Positions 42,898 to 56,337 of a stretch of 64,000 nt of DNA are shown one piece after another. A model generated the notes under the pieces. It was not told the DNA's origin. It made no database searches and saw nothing but the letters and a program-made list of their open reading frames with translations. Both the position numbers and the translations under genes were made by a program. Within the stretch, counting starts at the first letter, position 1, and each line of letters begins with the position of its first letter. Source of the DNA: Octopus vulgaris (taxonomy: Eukaryota); contig OX597824.1 in assembly GCA_951406725.2 (NCBI GenBank), forward strand, positions 90,582,001-90,646,000, read 5' to 3'.

Positions 42898-43544
42898 TTG
42901 ACGGATATTTGTCCTCATCTTGTTTGTTTTTAACACAACGTTTCGGCTGTTGAAAGGAACCTGTTGTTATGTCCTGTTATTATTTTGTATTTCTTATTGT
43001 ATTTATATTTGTGTAACGTTGTCTGTTTTTTTTTCTGTCCTTGTTTTTGTATACATTCAATGTTTTCTTCCAAGGAATCTCATGCTGTTAGCTTAGTTTG
43101 TCCTTGGGGCTGGCCAGACTGGAGCAATCTCAAGAATAATCAGCCGAAATTGCGAGGATAATCTGGTGCTTGACTGAGGCTAGAGGGCTTCGAATGACCC
43201 GTCCTTGTTTTCTTGTATCGTCTATCTGGATGTTTTGTTGTCCCTTTTTGTTTCACCTAGTTGTCCGGATGTTTTGCGTTCTTGTCCCATTTTGTATTTT
43301 ATATAATTCGTTGCTAAACCCTTTATTGCTTATATATATATATATATATATTGCTACAAACATACACACACCACATATACACGCGCACATACACATAGTG
43401 GAATGAAACAGAACTTGGTTTGACAATTTCGACTAAAAAATACCATATTACGGATCCGATTTACTGGTACGAGTTGTCCTAATCGATGTAAGTAAAATTC
43501 GACAGACAAAAACTATGATTTTTCGTTGCGTTTATGCATGCATG

Positions 43545-43651
<107 letters not shown>

Positions 43652-43889
43652 CGGCGAGACAGGAAATTTACAGCATTTAATTCCGAGTTACACACCTTTA
43701 CGCCAACTTCTGTTATCCTCTCTTCTCTTACGATAAAACAACTACCAGGTGAAGTACTGAGATAAATATACTTGATTAAAGCCTTCGAAGGCATTGCTAC
43801 AGCATGACCGCTGCTTAATATCTGATACTAGAAATAGAATAAGACTGTTTTATATCATTGCATGGTTTTTGATATGAACGCGTCAAAAT

Positions 43890-44005
43890 CCACATGGTTC
43901 CGGGTTCAGTCCCACTGCGTGGTACCTTGGGCAAATCTTGTGAGTGGATTTGGTATACGGAAACTGAAAGTAACGCGTCGTGTATGTATATATATACACA
44001 CACAC

Positions 44006-44040
<35 letters not shown>

Positions 44041-44335
44041 TGTATGTATGTATGTATGTGTATGTGTGTATGTATGTATTTATGTATGTGTGTAAGTATG
44101 TATGCATGTGTGTGTGTATATGTTTGTGTGTCTGTGCTTGTCCCCCCCCCAAATCGCTTGACAACCGATGCCGGTGAGTTTACGTCCCCGTAACTTAGCG
44201 ATTCGGCAAAAGAGACCGATAGAATAAGTACTAGGCTTACAAAGAATAAGTCCTGGGGGTCGATTTGCTCGACTAAAGGCGGTGCTCCAGCATAGCCGCA
44301 GTCAAATGACTGAAACAAGTAATGAGTAAAAGAGT
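43890..44335 (+). mobile_element. SINE family A
   Basis: Partly deleted head, internal (ATGT)n, near-consensus 3' half. Confidence 0.92.
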
Positions 44336-44648
44336 ATACCTGTACAAAAGCGGATTCGCACCTGTTACATACAAATGATATTTGCATGTATAGATCAAAG
44401 ATAAGTCAGATTTATACATTTTCACGACAATCTCGAGTATATTATCAAAATAGCTCCGCAGGAAATGTGATTTTGATCAGGAGTAAAAATATTATATTAT
44501 TTTATTCATTTATCTATAATAGAATAAAAGGATAAAATCACGTTAATGATTTTTATCAGGTGTGAAAAAGTATTAATCTGACTTATCTTTGATCTATACG
44601 TGCAAATATTCGTATGTAGACGTGCGAATCCGCTTTGGTCAGGTACAT
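44336..44648. repeat. Fold-back element with ~90-bp inverted arms
   Basis: aaagcggattcgcac...tatttgca.gtatagatcaaagataagtcagatt versus aatctgacttatctttgatctatac.tgcaaata...gtgcgaatccgcttt. Confidence 0.85.
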
Positions 44649-44890
44649 ATAATCATTTGTATGTACATTTCCTGTGTATTATGTTGCCGAAGGAAAAAAA
44701 AGTATTTTTAATGATTTTAATCCAGAAATTTGACCAAGTTCACAATTAACGTGAAGTCTTCTTTAGTATTTTTCACTTGCCCGACTACAACCTGTATTCC
44801 TTTTGGGGGGAATCTTTCGGTAATTTTTTAGTGCCTCGGCATTAATTTCAAGCATGTAGGAGACAGACGTTTCGCCTTGCTGCCTTAATA

Positions 44891-44933
<43 letters not shown>

Positions 44934-44938
<5 letters not shown>

Positions 44939-45062
44939 TGAGGGCATTACTATACATAAATGCCACAAGCTAGGAGGGACTCTTAAAGTCAAAACAAAAA
45001 GTTTTGACTTTAAGAGTTCCTCCAAGCGTGTGGCATTTATGTATAGAAATGTTCTCAATATA
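44934..45062. repeat. Near-perfect hairpin, 62-bp arms with a 5-nt loop
   Basis: Arms 44934-44995 and 45001-45062, about 6 mismatches, loop AAAAA. Confidence 0.92.
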
Positions 45063-45165
45063 ATATAAATAAATATATTTAAGAGAACAATTGGTGGATT
45101 TTTCTCTTATGAGGTTTTTCACGCTAACTACTTGATAAATTATTATAAAGATTTTATCCTATTTT

Positions 45166-45208
<43 letters not shown>

Positions 45209-45214
45209 TAAGCA

Positions 45215-45375
45215 AATAAAAAAGGAGAATAAAGCCAAAAAGACGTCTACAGTAAATGTATTAGGTTGACGCTCAGTTTCAGATGGAAGAAAGAGGTGGT
45301 GTGACGTTTCAAGCGTGGCTCTTCGTCAGAAGGAAGAGGAAAGGTGCGGAGAGAAGAAAAACTGTGTGGTTACAT
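45215..45375 (-). mobile_element. PLE-derived module with canonical hammerhead core
   Basis: Minus strand CTGACGA-agagc-cac-gctt-GAAACGTC at 45303-45329. Confidence 0.65.
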
Positions 45376-45799
45376 GTTATGCTACAAGTCAAATATAATA
45401 ATCCACACCAAATCGTTCGTTGTTAGAGTATCCGCATCAGCGGAATCTGAATCACTTAGTTTGTACTGGCATCGAGTCGTAGTAGTTGCAATAATGAAAT
45501 CAAGACAAATAGTGATATTTTGAATTTATTAAATACGTACGTACGTAAATTGAAACGGATGCATCTAGTGATTTCAAAATATCACTTTGATTTGACTTCA
45601 CAATTATAACTATATATATATATATATATATATCCATATATCTATATATCTGTATATCATCTATCTATCTATTTAAATATATATATCTCTCACTCTCTAT
45701 GTATATATATGTATGCATGTATATATGTATGTATGTACGTACGTATGTATGTATGCATGTATGTATGTATGCATGTATGTATGCATGTATGTATATGGT

Positions 45800-45950
45800 C
45801 ACACACGCAATGGGAATCCACACAGTTTCCGTCTGCAAGATTCGTTCACAAGGCATTAGTCAGCCCGGAATTACTCAAGAAATTACTTGTCCTAGGGATT
45901 GAACCGAAATGTAAGTGGTGGAAACGCGAGCCTTTACCATCACACCCATA
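45800..45950 (-). mobile_element. SINE family A, diverged 5' half
   Basis: cagtttccgtct...tcacaaggc...acttgtcctagg...gaaccgaaa. Confidence 0.6.
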
Positions 45951-46340
45951 AATTCTAAAATGTCAAGATATAGTGATATATGATTGCCTTGATATCCAAG
46001 GAAGTCTTAGCCACAATAAAAGTGGGCTTAGAAAGAATTTAAGATGGAGAAGGTTTCTTGGTCGCTTCACGATGTCGACAACTTCCTGCCAGGAACTCGT
46101 CGACGCCATTAAGGAAGTAAACAGCAGAATCTAAGGTAGTTGTGAAAAGAGACACACAATCACATTATCTTCAGTTGTACAGTCTTAGCGAAAACAAATT
46201 ATATAAATAGATATGACAAATAATTTTAATTTTCTGCACTATTAAACACAACTTACGCGTGTTTGTGTGTCCAACACCTCGTTGCAGCAAACCAAAATTA
46301 TAATCGATCTTCAGTTATTCGGCCGTCATCCTAGTCTTTG

Positions 46341-46405
<65 letters not shown>

Positions 46406-47279
46406 TGTATGTATGTATGTATGTATGTATTTATATATATATATATAAATATAGATAGATAGATAGATAGATAGAAAATAGATATACAGTTATTTGTGCG
46501 CGTTTGTATGTAGCTATCTATCTATCAATATATATATATATGTATATATATATATATGTATGTATGTATGTATATGTACTAGCGCGTACACTCATACATA
46601 CATACATACATGCATACATACATACATACATACATACGTACATACATACATACATACATACATACATACATACATACATACATACATACATACATACATA
46701 CATACATACACACACACACATATATATATAGTTATATCTGTGTGTGTGTATCTGTGCATTTCCAGGGGCTGGTTTGGATTAAAAAACTTAATTTTTTAAA
46801 TCTAATGCTTCAATGTCGTTGTTAATACTAATTCACTGATCCTCTCTAATACAGATTCTAAGTTCAATTCTAGCCTGGGTAAATGCCCTACATGTATAAA
46901 TGGGGCATCTGGAGATGGTCAGACACGAAACCAATTACAAAGTAATGTTACACATCAAACAACGAAAATGTGATTTCATAGTCGGGTAAAATGACAATGA
47001 TTACCTCAAACTGTCCAATCAGAAATGAAGGCGCAACGACTACAGGTGAAAGAACTAAAAACACAATACTTTGGAAAATTTGTCAACTCCTCGGAATCCT
47101 GATGGAGAGAACAAAGAAAGAGAGATGCTAATAACACAAAATTCCCCCAGGAGAAATGGTCTTTTAGTCTTAAATAAATCAATATATACCTCAATATATA
47201 TATAATACCTCAATATACTTTATATGCAACTTCTTCCTGATTGATAGATATAGGAATATTTCTCCCTACATATAGATAT

Positions 47280-47725
47280 GCACAGGCGTGGCTGTGTGGT
47301 AAGAAGCTTGCATACTAACCATATGGTTCCAGGTTCAGTCCCAATGCATGGCACCTTGGGTATGTGTCTTCTGCTAGAGCCTCGGGCCAACCAAAGCCTT
47401 GTGAGTGAATTTGGTAGATGGAGTCTTGAAGAATCACGTCGTATATGAACAAAGACACACACACATATCCATATATATACACACACATATACTGACATAC
47501 ACATACATACACACACACACACACACACTAATATATACATGTGTGTTTTTCTGTGTGTGTTCCACCATCGCTTGACAGCCAGTGTTGGTGTGTTTATGTC
47601 CCCGTAATTTAACGGTTCGGCAAAATGTAACAGGCTTAGCAAAAATTCATTCGGCTAAAATTCTTCAAGGCGGTGCTCCAGCGTGGCCGCGGTCTAATGA
47701 CTGAAACAAATATAGAATATAAAGA
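47280..47725 (+). mobile_element. SINE family A, full length
   Basis: gcacaggcgtggctgtgtggtaagaagcttgc head through the gactgaaacaaat tail. Confidence 0.9.
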
Positions 47726-47972
47726 ACACAAATGGTGATTAAAATCCACGACGTCTGTTTCGGTAGAATTTTATTGATGTATTCACAGATTTCATTGTAA
47801 CATAATCCACCATTGTAACATATCCAGTGTTGTTTGGATTCGTCATCGTCAAGGTATTATTTCGCCTGTTTAAAATTTTATCTGATGATGGTGGTTTGTA
47901 TGGTATGATGAATACATCAATAAAATTCTACCGAAGCAGCTTTCGTAAATTTTAAACTCCATTTGTGTTCTT
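47722..47972. mobile_element. Fold-back PLE-type module with hammerhead-like motif
   Basis: Inverted arms aagaacacaaatgg...ttcggtagaattttattgatgtattca / tgaatacatcaataaaattctaccgaa...ccatttgtgttctt; CTGATGA core at 47882. Confidence 0.7.
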
Positions 47973-48185
47973 TCTTAATATCTAAACAGCCCTGAGTCGG
48001 TTCGACGGTTTAAAGTGGATTTGGTACTTAAATATCTACATATCTGCATTATCCTGCCGACACATTATACCTTCATGGTTGTTTAACCTCCCTATGAATC
48101 CTATCTTATTGTAACTAACCATTTCTGGTGTCCTACCTGCTACGTGCCTAAACACTATTGAATTCTATAACTATCTCTCTCTCTC

Positions 48186-49130
48186 CATTTCCGCTCTACT
48201 GGTCACTCTTTGCAACACCTGTCCGTGTTCGGATTGTCTTTGCCATCTGGACTCTCGTTTGCGCAGTGAACAGGGATTAATCTTCTCTCTTCGATCTTTT
48301 GCGCCATATGGGCTCAACTCTCCTCCCCTCTTCATTTAATCTCCTCCCCTTGCCTCTCTCCCCTCCCTCCTACTTCCTCCCAATTACCTCTCCTCTCTTG
48401 CTCCGACTCCTACTTCTCTTCACCCCTACTCTCTTTCTCTCTTCTCTCTTACTCTCTTTCTCTCTTCTCTCATACCCACCTTCCCCTTCCCCCTTCATCG
48501 TCAACCCTCCCCCATAAGCCCACCCTACGCATTCCTACCCTATCTTCCCTATCCTTCTCATCCCATCTCTTACACTCTCTCCCAAATACTCCACCCCTAC
48601 CCCCATCCTCAACTTAACCCCCACCCTACCCGTGCTTTCCCCACTCTCACCTCTCACACCTCCCAACACCATCACACCACACTACACCAAGCCACACAGC
48701 ACATCACATCACACCACAACACACCGCTACGCACACACCAGCACAGACCAATTCCCATCCTCACATATTCACACCTACACATGCACACAGACACACACGT
48801 CAAGATAACCAGCCCTCTTTCACACGCTCAAACATACTCTCTTACACACACGTGCACCTTCGTTTTGGGATCACTACTACCTTGTTATCTCCCCTACTTC
48901 TTAGCTCTCCCGTGTGACCCTTCTGTCCGGCATTTGCCATGATAGATCGGTAGCCACTACACACATTTTTTTCTCCTTGTTTCTCTCCTTGTTTCTTTCT
49001 GTGTTCCTTTCTGTGTAAGAGCGAAGGCTCGAAACGTCAAAGACTTTTACAATACTAATACATCTATTTGTTTCCTACACCACCTGTCTTCCTCTTTTGT
49101 TTTTTTTTTTTTTCGTGAATTCTCCCTATA
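48186..49130 (+). mobile_element. Penelope-like element 3' end (Neptune-type GIY-YIG C-terminus plus 3' UTR)
   Basis: HFRSTGHSLQHLSVFGL / DSRLRSEQGLIFSLRSFAPYGLN...* (48186-48339) fits HF...GH...L.V.GL...R...E...I..L....P.GLN; the 3' UTR has a hammerhead-like motif at 49011-49038. Confidence 0.82.
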
Positions 49131-49142
49131 TGTATATATATA

Positions 49143-49485
49143 TGATGGGCTTCTTTACAGTTTCCGCCAACCAAATCCAGTCATAAGGCTTCGGTCGCCT
49201 CTAAGCTATAGTAGAAGACACTTACCTATTGTGTCACGCAGTGGGACTGAACTTGGAACCATGTGGTTGGTAAGCAAGCTTCTTAGCACACCGCCACTCC
49301 TGTACTTATATGCATATAAAAGATGGGCTTCCATACGATGTCCGTCTACCAAATCTATCTACCAGAGATTTGGTCAGCGCGAGGCTATAATAGAAGACAC
49401 TTGCCCAAGGTGCCTAGCAATGTGACTGAACCCGAAACCATGTAGTTGGGAGGCAAACTACTTAACACCCAGTCTCTCCTACGCC
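49143..49485 (-). mobile_element. Two tandem SINE family A 5' halves
   Basis: Two successive blocks gatgggctt...ccaaatc...agaagacactt...actgaac...aaccatgt. Confidence 0.85.
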
Positions 49486-49938
49486 TCTTTATATATTTGT
49501 ATATCTGCAATTCCGGTCTCCCCCCCACCTCCGCCACTCTCACCGTTTCCCCCTTTTACCAATTCGACAACAGCAAGGAAACGAATGAATAAATACGGTA
49601 ATCATATATCGTTAGTTTGTCGTTTATTACCGATATATTGCTGTGGCTGTTTATGCTGTTACGGTTGGTGTTGTTGGTGTTGGGGGTTAGGCGGGGGAAG
49701 GGTGGACTTAGATTTGGTTTGTTTCCCCCCCTCAACACATTGATACATACATATATACAAAATATACAGATGCAAACGCACTCATACATCTGCTGAAACA
49801 CGTGCTCACACAAACTATCGCTGACAAAAATATGTGAACAAAATCGTACGGAGGTTGTGTATGCATATAAATGCGTAGAAACGATATGTGCATATGTCTA
49901 TAATAATAACAGAGCCTATAACGATAATGACTATATAT

Positions 49939-50000
<62 letters not shown>

Positions 50001-50307
50001 TATATATGTATATATGTATATATACAGATATAGATATATAGATATATACATGTATACATATATACATACATACATATATATATATATGTATGTATGTATG
50101 TATATATGTATATATGTATATATACAGATAAATATAGCTATATAGATATATACATATATACATATATATATATAGATATAGATATACATACATATGCATA
50201 TGTATATATTTGTATGAATATGCATTAATATCTATATATAATTGCGTATATATAAATATGAATATATATTTATGTATATATACATGCATATACGCATACA
50301 TACATAA

Positions 50308-50388
<81 letters not shown>

Positions 50389-50850
50389 CCTACTTATGTA
50401 GACACACATACCAACGCGGATTCATGCATGCATACAGACTTATGATAAATAAAAAGTTTCTGCTGTGCATGTGCGTGTATTAACGTGTGTATGTGTTTGT
50501 GTGTGCGTGTGCATGAGCGTATGTGTGTGTGTGTCAGTGTGTCAATGTGTTTGTTTGTTTGTGTATGGGTGTATTTAGCTATAAAACTATATAACTATGT
50601 TTTGCGCTTGAAAGCATTTTCATATTTCCTATGATCAATAAAGACTAACAGTGGGAAAAATATATTAAATGTTGCTAATAATTTGTCCCCTTTACAATGG
50701 CGATTCGTGTTTTCTTTTAGTTTTTCTTCAGTTTATTAAAGAAGAAAGAAAATGAGGACGATTTAGCGCAATATCTCATATTGTCAGTTTATATATGTAT
50801 GTATGCATGTATGTATGTTTGTATCTATCTATCTACACACACACAGACAG

Positions 50851-50887
<37 letters not shown>

Positions 50888-51106
50888 AACACATATACAC
50901 ACACCTGTCTACTTACCTGTCTCTCTGTCTTTTGTCTGTCTGTCTGTCTCTCTGTCTCTACCTCTCTCTCTATCTATCTATCTATCTATCTGTGTATCTA
51001 TCTGTCTGTCTGTCTGTCTGTCTTTCTCTGTCTGCCTCTCTCCCTATCCACTTGCCCATCTCTCTCTCTCTCTCTCTGTCTCTATCTATCTATCTGTCTA
51101 TCTATT

Positions 51107-51147
<41 letters not shown>

Positions 51148-51199
51148 CTATCTATCATCTGTCTGACTATCTGTTTGTCTATCTATCCATCTATCTATT

Positions 51200-51230
<31 letters not shown>

Positions 51231-51458
51231 ATCTACCTATCCATCTATCTATTCAGTAAATTACAACAACCGAGTTCCCTACCTACAAAACGTACATCGA
51301 AATTAAGAAAAGGATTTTAAAACAAATACAATAAAAACAGAAAAGAAACAAGAAATTTCAATTCTTTTCCTTTCGCTCAACATGAAATATATAAGAATAT
51401 TTAATTCCAAACTACCTAAAATATGAAAATGAATTATATATATATACACGAATATGTG

Positions 51459-51494
<36 letters not shown>

Positions 51495-51583
51495 TGTATG
51501 TATGTATGTATGTATGTATGTATGTATGTATGATATGTATGTATATATATATATATATATGTATATATATTTATATATGTATG

Positions 51584-51649
<66 letters not shown>

Positions 51650-51974
51650 CGTATCTGAAATACGAAAACTGTATTTTAAACACACGTGCGCATGCACTCA
51701 CACATGTATTTATACAGAACAAAAGCATATATACGCATGTTCGTCTGATTGTATCGCTACTCTGTTGAGCAACTCGGAGTTGCGACGGTGTATGACATCT
51801 TTTTCGATTGGTTTAAATGTCTGCGTTGGCCATTGGAGTGAAGAAACCAATTCCCAACCGTTTCGGATTCACAGTTCCGGTTGTACTTTCGTCTTTCCGA
51901 TTGGTGAACAAAAAACGTGGCTCGCGAGACCTCCGTCCGTCGTACGCCCATCCGTCACACGGTTACCTACTTAC

Positions 51975-52105
51975 AGCTGAATAGACAAGAGAAATTTGAA
52001 ACGAGGTTTTTGGCTCAAAAACACAACACGTTACTCGGTCATGGAATCGAAACCACGATGTCTCGATCGTGAGAACACTACCCATACCACAAAGCCTCAC
52101 GACTT
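51975..52105 (-). mobile_element. SINE family B/E head, diverged
   Basis: gctcaaaaacacaacacg...ggaatcgaaaccacga...gatcgtgag. Confidence 0.6.
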
Positions 52106-52187
52106 CACAGACTGGCCGCTTCTCGCTGGTGTATGTCTCTTTCTCTTTCTTCCCTTCTCTCTCTATTCCGCTCTCCCTCCTTTCGCT

Positions 52188-52231
<44 letters not shown>

Positions 52232-52249
52232 TATATGTGAATGTTTGTC

Positions 52250-52302
<53 letters not shown>

Positions 52303-52374
52303 ATATATATACATACATACAGATAGATAGATATATAGATAGATAGATAGATAGATAGATAGACAGACAGATAG

Positions 52375-52424
<50 letters not shown>

Positions 52425-52458
52425 TTATATATACATATACATACATATATATATATAT

Positions 52459-52708
52459 ACGACGACGAGTGTCCCAGTTGATCCGATCAACGGAATAGCT
52501 TGCTCGTGAAATTAATGAGCACGTGTACTCTTAACGTAGTTTTCAGGGAAATTCAGCGTGACACAGAGTGTAACAAGGCCGGCCCTTTGAAATACAGGTA
52601 CAACTCATTTTTGCCGACTAAGTGGACGACAGCAACGTGAAATAAAGTGGACACAACACGTCACCGCGAATTGAACTCACGACCTTACGATCATGAGCCG
52701 AGTGCCCT
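52459..52708 (-). mobile_element. SINE family E
   Basis: Homologous to 55103-55378 and 63291-63538 (gatccgatc, gctcgtgaaattaa, gcgtgacaca, ccctttgaa, tacaactcatt, aaataaagtg). Confidence 0.8.
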
Positions 52709-52789
52709 GTTAGAGATAGACATTATTGTCAAGGATAGTTATACTGTTGACAGCCGCTATGCATGCGCACGCGTGTTTGTGCGCGTGTG

Positions 52790-53152
52790 TGTGTTTCCCT
52801 CATCATCACTTGACAAACGATGTTGCTTTGTTTACATTCCCGTGACTTGTGATTCGGCAAAAGACTTCGATAGAAGAAACACCAGGCTTTAAAAGCCAAC
52901 AGCAAATGTACTACGGTAAATTTGTCCGCGAAACTTCTTTAAGATGGTGTTCCAGCGTGGCCGAAGTCCAATGAGTGAAACAAGTAAAGGATAAAAGTTA
53001 GGCGTTGTAAGAAGCTTGCTTCCCAACCAAATATTTCGGGGTTCAGTCCCTCTGCCTGGCACCTTGGACAAGTATCTTCTACTATAGCCTCGGGCCGACC
53101 AAAGCCTTCTGAGTGGATTTGGTAGACGGAAACTGAAAAAAGCCCGTCGTAA

Positions 53153-53188
<36 letters not shown>

Positions 53189-53241
53189 TATATTATTGGT
53201 TAATACGTTTAAATATGACCATTCCGTTAAATATGGCAATA

Positions 53242-53321
<80 letters not shown>

Positions 53322-53605
53322 GTATATATATATATGCACAATAAGACATACACAATATATATATATATATATATATGTGTGTATGTATGTATATTGTGCA
53401 TGTCTTGGAGTTTGTGCTTGTCCTCTCACCACTGCTTGACAACCGATGCTGGTGTGTTTACGTTCCCGTGACTTAGCGGTTTAGCAAAAAACCGATAGGA
53501 TAAGTACCACGCTTTTTAAAGAAAGGATGTGCTGGAGTCGACTAAAAATCTTCAAGGCAGTGCCCCAGCTTGACCGCAGTCTATTGACAGAAGCAAATAA
53601 AAGAT
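52790..53605 (+). mobile_element. SINE family A: a 3' half (52790-52998) followed by a full copy (53001-53605)
   Basis: Consensus blocks visible; long internal (TA)n of ~250 bp. Confidence 0.88.
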
Positions 53606-54076
53606 TAACGTTAAAAGATAATTAATATCAACAAAACAAGCATTAATATGTCAAAATGTACGTTAACAGCTCAAAACAAACATTAGCAAATTGAGAAAAC
53701 AAATATTATCACCTCAGAACAGACGAATCATTGCAAGCATTAATATAATTCAAGAACAACAACAAACATTAACAACCAACACAGAAATTAACACTTGAAA
53801 ACCAAAATTAATAAAGTTATTGATGGCAAATTGCAAAAAGACTGCAAAATAATAATATGAAAATAAAACACGTCAGAACAAAACTAAATATAGAATAAAA
53901 AAAAAAAAAAGAAGTGTCAACACTCACAACGATAAAACAAGAATTAACACTTTAAACAGAAATATATAATACGAGATTTCTACCAAATAATTATATACTA
54001 ACACGAAGGAACATACACACGTACATACATACATACATAATACATACATACATACATACATACATACATACATACA

Positions 54077-54138
<62 letters not shown>

Positions 54139-54290
54139 CATACATACATGCTTACATACATACGTTATTAGAAACAAATATTTACAAAGCAAAATTTTGG
54201 TTTCCTAGCCTCGCTGAATCCTCCACCCCTTCCTCTTCCTCTTCCTCATTATTATTATTATTATTATTATTATCATTATTATTATTATTA

Positions 54291-54345
<55 letters not shown>

Positions 54346-54374
54346 CATCATCATTATTATTATTATTATTATCA

Positions 54375-54438
<64 letters not shown>

Positions 54439-54503
54439 CATCATCAACATCATCAACATCATCATCATCACCACCATTAACATCCTCTTCCTACTCCTCC
54501 TCC

Positions 54504-54534
<31 letters not shown>

Positions 54535-54921
54535 CATTATCATCGTCGTCGTCGTCGTAATTGTTATTGTTGGGGCTCATTATCAACGCTCTGTTTAAAC
54601 ACTAATGCACCAACAGATGCGCCAGATGAACAAAAGACGTGACTATCTGTTCGTACAGAAGAACCCTTGTTGTGTTGACAATCTGGCCCCACTTTACCGC
54701 TGATGTGTGTGCACAGCTGATTAATATTCATAGCCCTAAACCTTATTTCTAACAACCTCTAGCTCCCCGTCACTACCAACAATGGACATGCCTCTTACTC
54801 CTACCACCCTTTTTCTCTCTGTCAAAGTCTGTTTGCCTGTCTGTCGGTGAAGTGAGTCTGTCTGTCTGTTTCCGACTTTGTGTTCTCCGTGTGTTTATCG
54901 TGCTGTGCTGCACATACATAA

Positions 54922-54997
<76 letters not shown>

Positions 54998-55102
54998 TCA
55001 TTTCGTAACATAGTGAAGCACACGCCCAGCGCTCTCGTATAAAAAATATACATCCAGGAACTCCTACACACTCAGATACACAGAGACGCATACATACATG
55101 AC

Positions 55103-55378
55103 TGGTACTCCGTCGTTTACGACGAGGAGTGTTGCAGTGGATCCGATCGACAGAACAGCCTGCTCATGAAATGAACGTGTTGAGTACTCCACAGACTTGC
55201 GTGACACAATGTGACACAATGTGGCCCCTTTGAATTACAGATACAACTCATTCTCGCTAGCTGAGTGAACTGGAGCTATGAGAAATAAAGTGTCTTGCTC
55301 AAGGCGCAACGCATCACCTGGAATCGAACACATGGCCTCACAATCGCGAGCCGAATACCCTAGCCATTTAACCGCGTG
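55103..55378 (-). mobile_element. SINE family E
   Basis: tRNA-like head on the minus strand (gttcgattcc B box) and ccttgagcaagacactttattt. Confidence 0.82.
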
Positions 55379-55435
55379 ACCTCTGTCCCAGTGAAACCCT
55401 CAATAAAATGCAAACACAATAGGTAGACATAACAT

Positions 55436-55800
55436 GAGTGGCTGTTTGGTAAGGAGATTGCATTTTGGGCAAGTGTCTTCTAGTATAGTCTCGGGCCGAC
55501 CAAAGCCTTGTGAGTGGATTTGGTAAATGGAAACTGAAAGAAGCCCGTCGTATATATATGTATATATGAGTGTGTGTATTTGTGTGTCTGTTAGTCCCCT
55601 CCACCATCTATTGACAACCGATATTGGTGTGTTTGCGTCCCTGTAACTTAGCGGTTCAGCAAAAGTGACCGGTAGAATAAGTACTAGGCTTACAAAGAAT
55701 AAGTCCCGAGGTCGATTCGTTCGACTAAAAGGCGGTGCTCCTGCATGGCCGCAGTCAAAATGGCTGAAACAAGTAAAAGAATAAAAGAACGAAAGAATAA
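55436..55800 (+). mobile_element. SINE family A
   Basis: Head partly deleted; body and tail near consensus. Confidence 0.9.
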
Positions 55801-55871
55801 TGATTTTCGACAGAGAAGAGAAACTATGTACAATAGTGGAAGTCGGCTGCACGGTGAATGTCAACATAAAG

Positions 55872-56337
55872 TAGGGGTTCTCAACCATTTTTTATCTATG
55901 GACCCTTTTGACTGTTATTTTATTCTGGTGGACCCCGCCCCATGGCCATATTCGATATTTAAAAACTAATTTTATAGAAACTTCTTTCAAAATTCCTTAT
56001 TTTGTTGTTCACACATTAACTTTTATAAGCCGAACTATGTAAAATGTTAGAGAAACAAACCCAGCTGTTTCTTGCAATACATACCGATATATACATCTAA
56101 AGCAGGGGTTTACAACCGTTTTTTACCCATTGACCCCTTTGAGTACTATTTTTATTCAGGTGAACCCCCATCACTATTCAATGTTTAAAAACTAATTTTA
56201 TAGAAACTTCTTTCAAAATATTTTCAGGGGCCCTTAAAATATTATTGTGGATCCCCAATTTACTAGTTTGTTGCGTGGGCCCCCAAAAATCTGATATGGG
56301 CTTCAGGGGCCATATGGACCTCTGTTGAGGGCCACTA
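55872..56337. mobile_element. hAT-like MITE with a duplicated left end (55872 and 56103)
   Basis: taggggttctcaacc and caggggtttacaacc each start a similar ~120-bp block; right end ggccatatggacc...gttgag; homologous to 18264. Confidence 0.75.
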
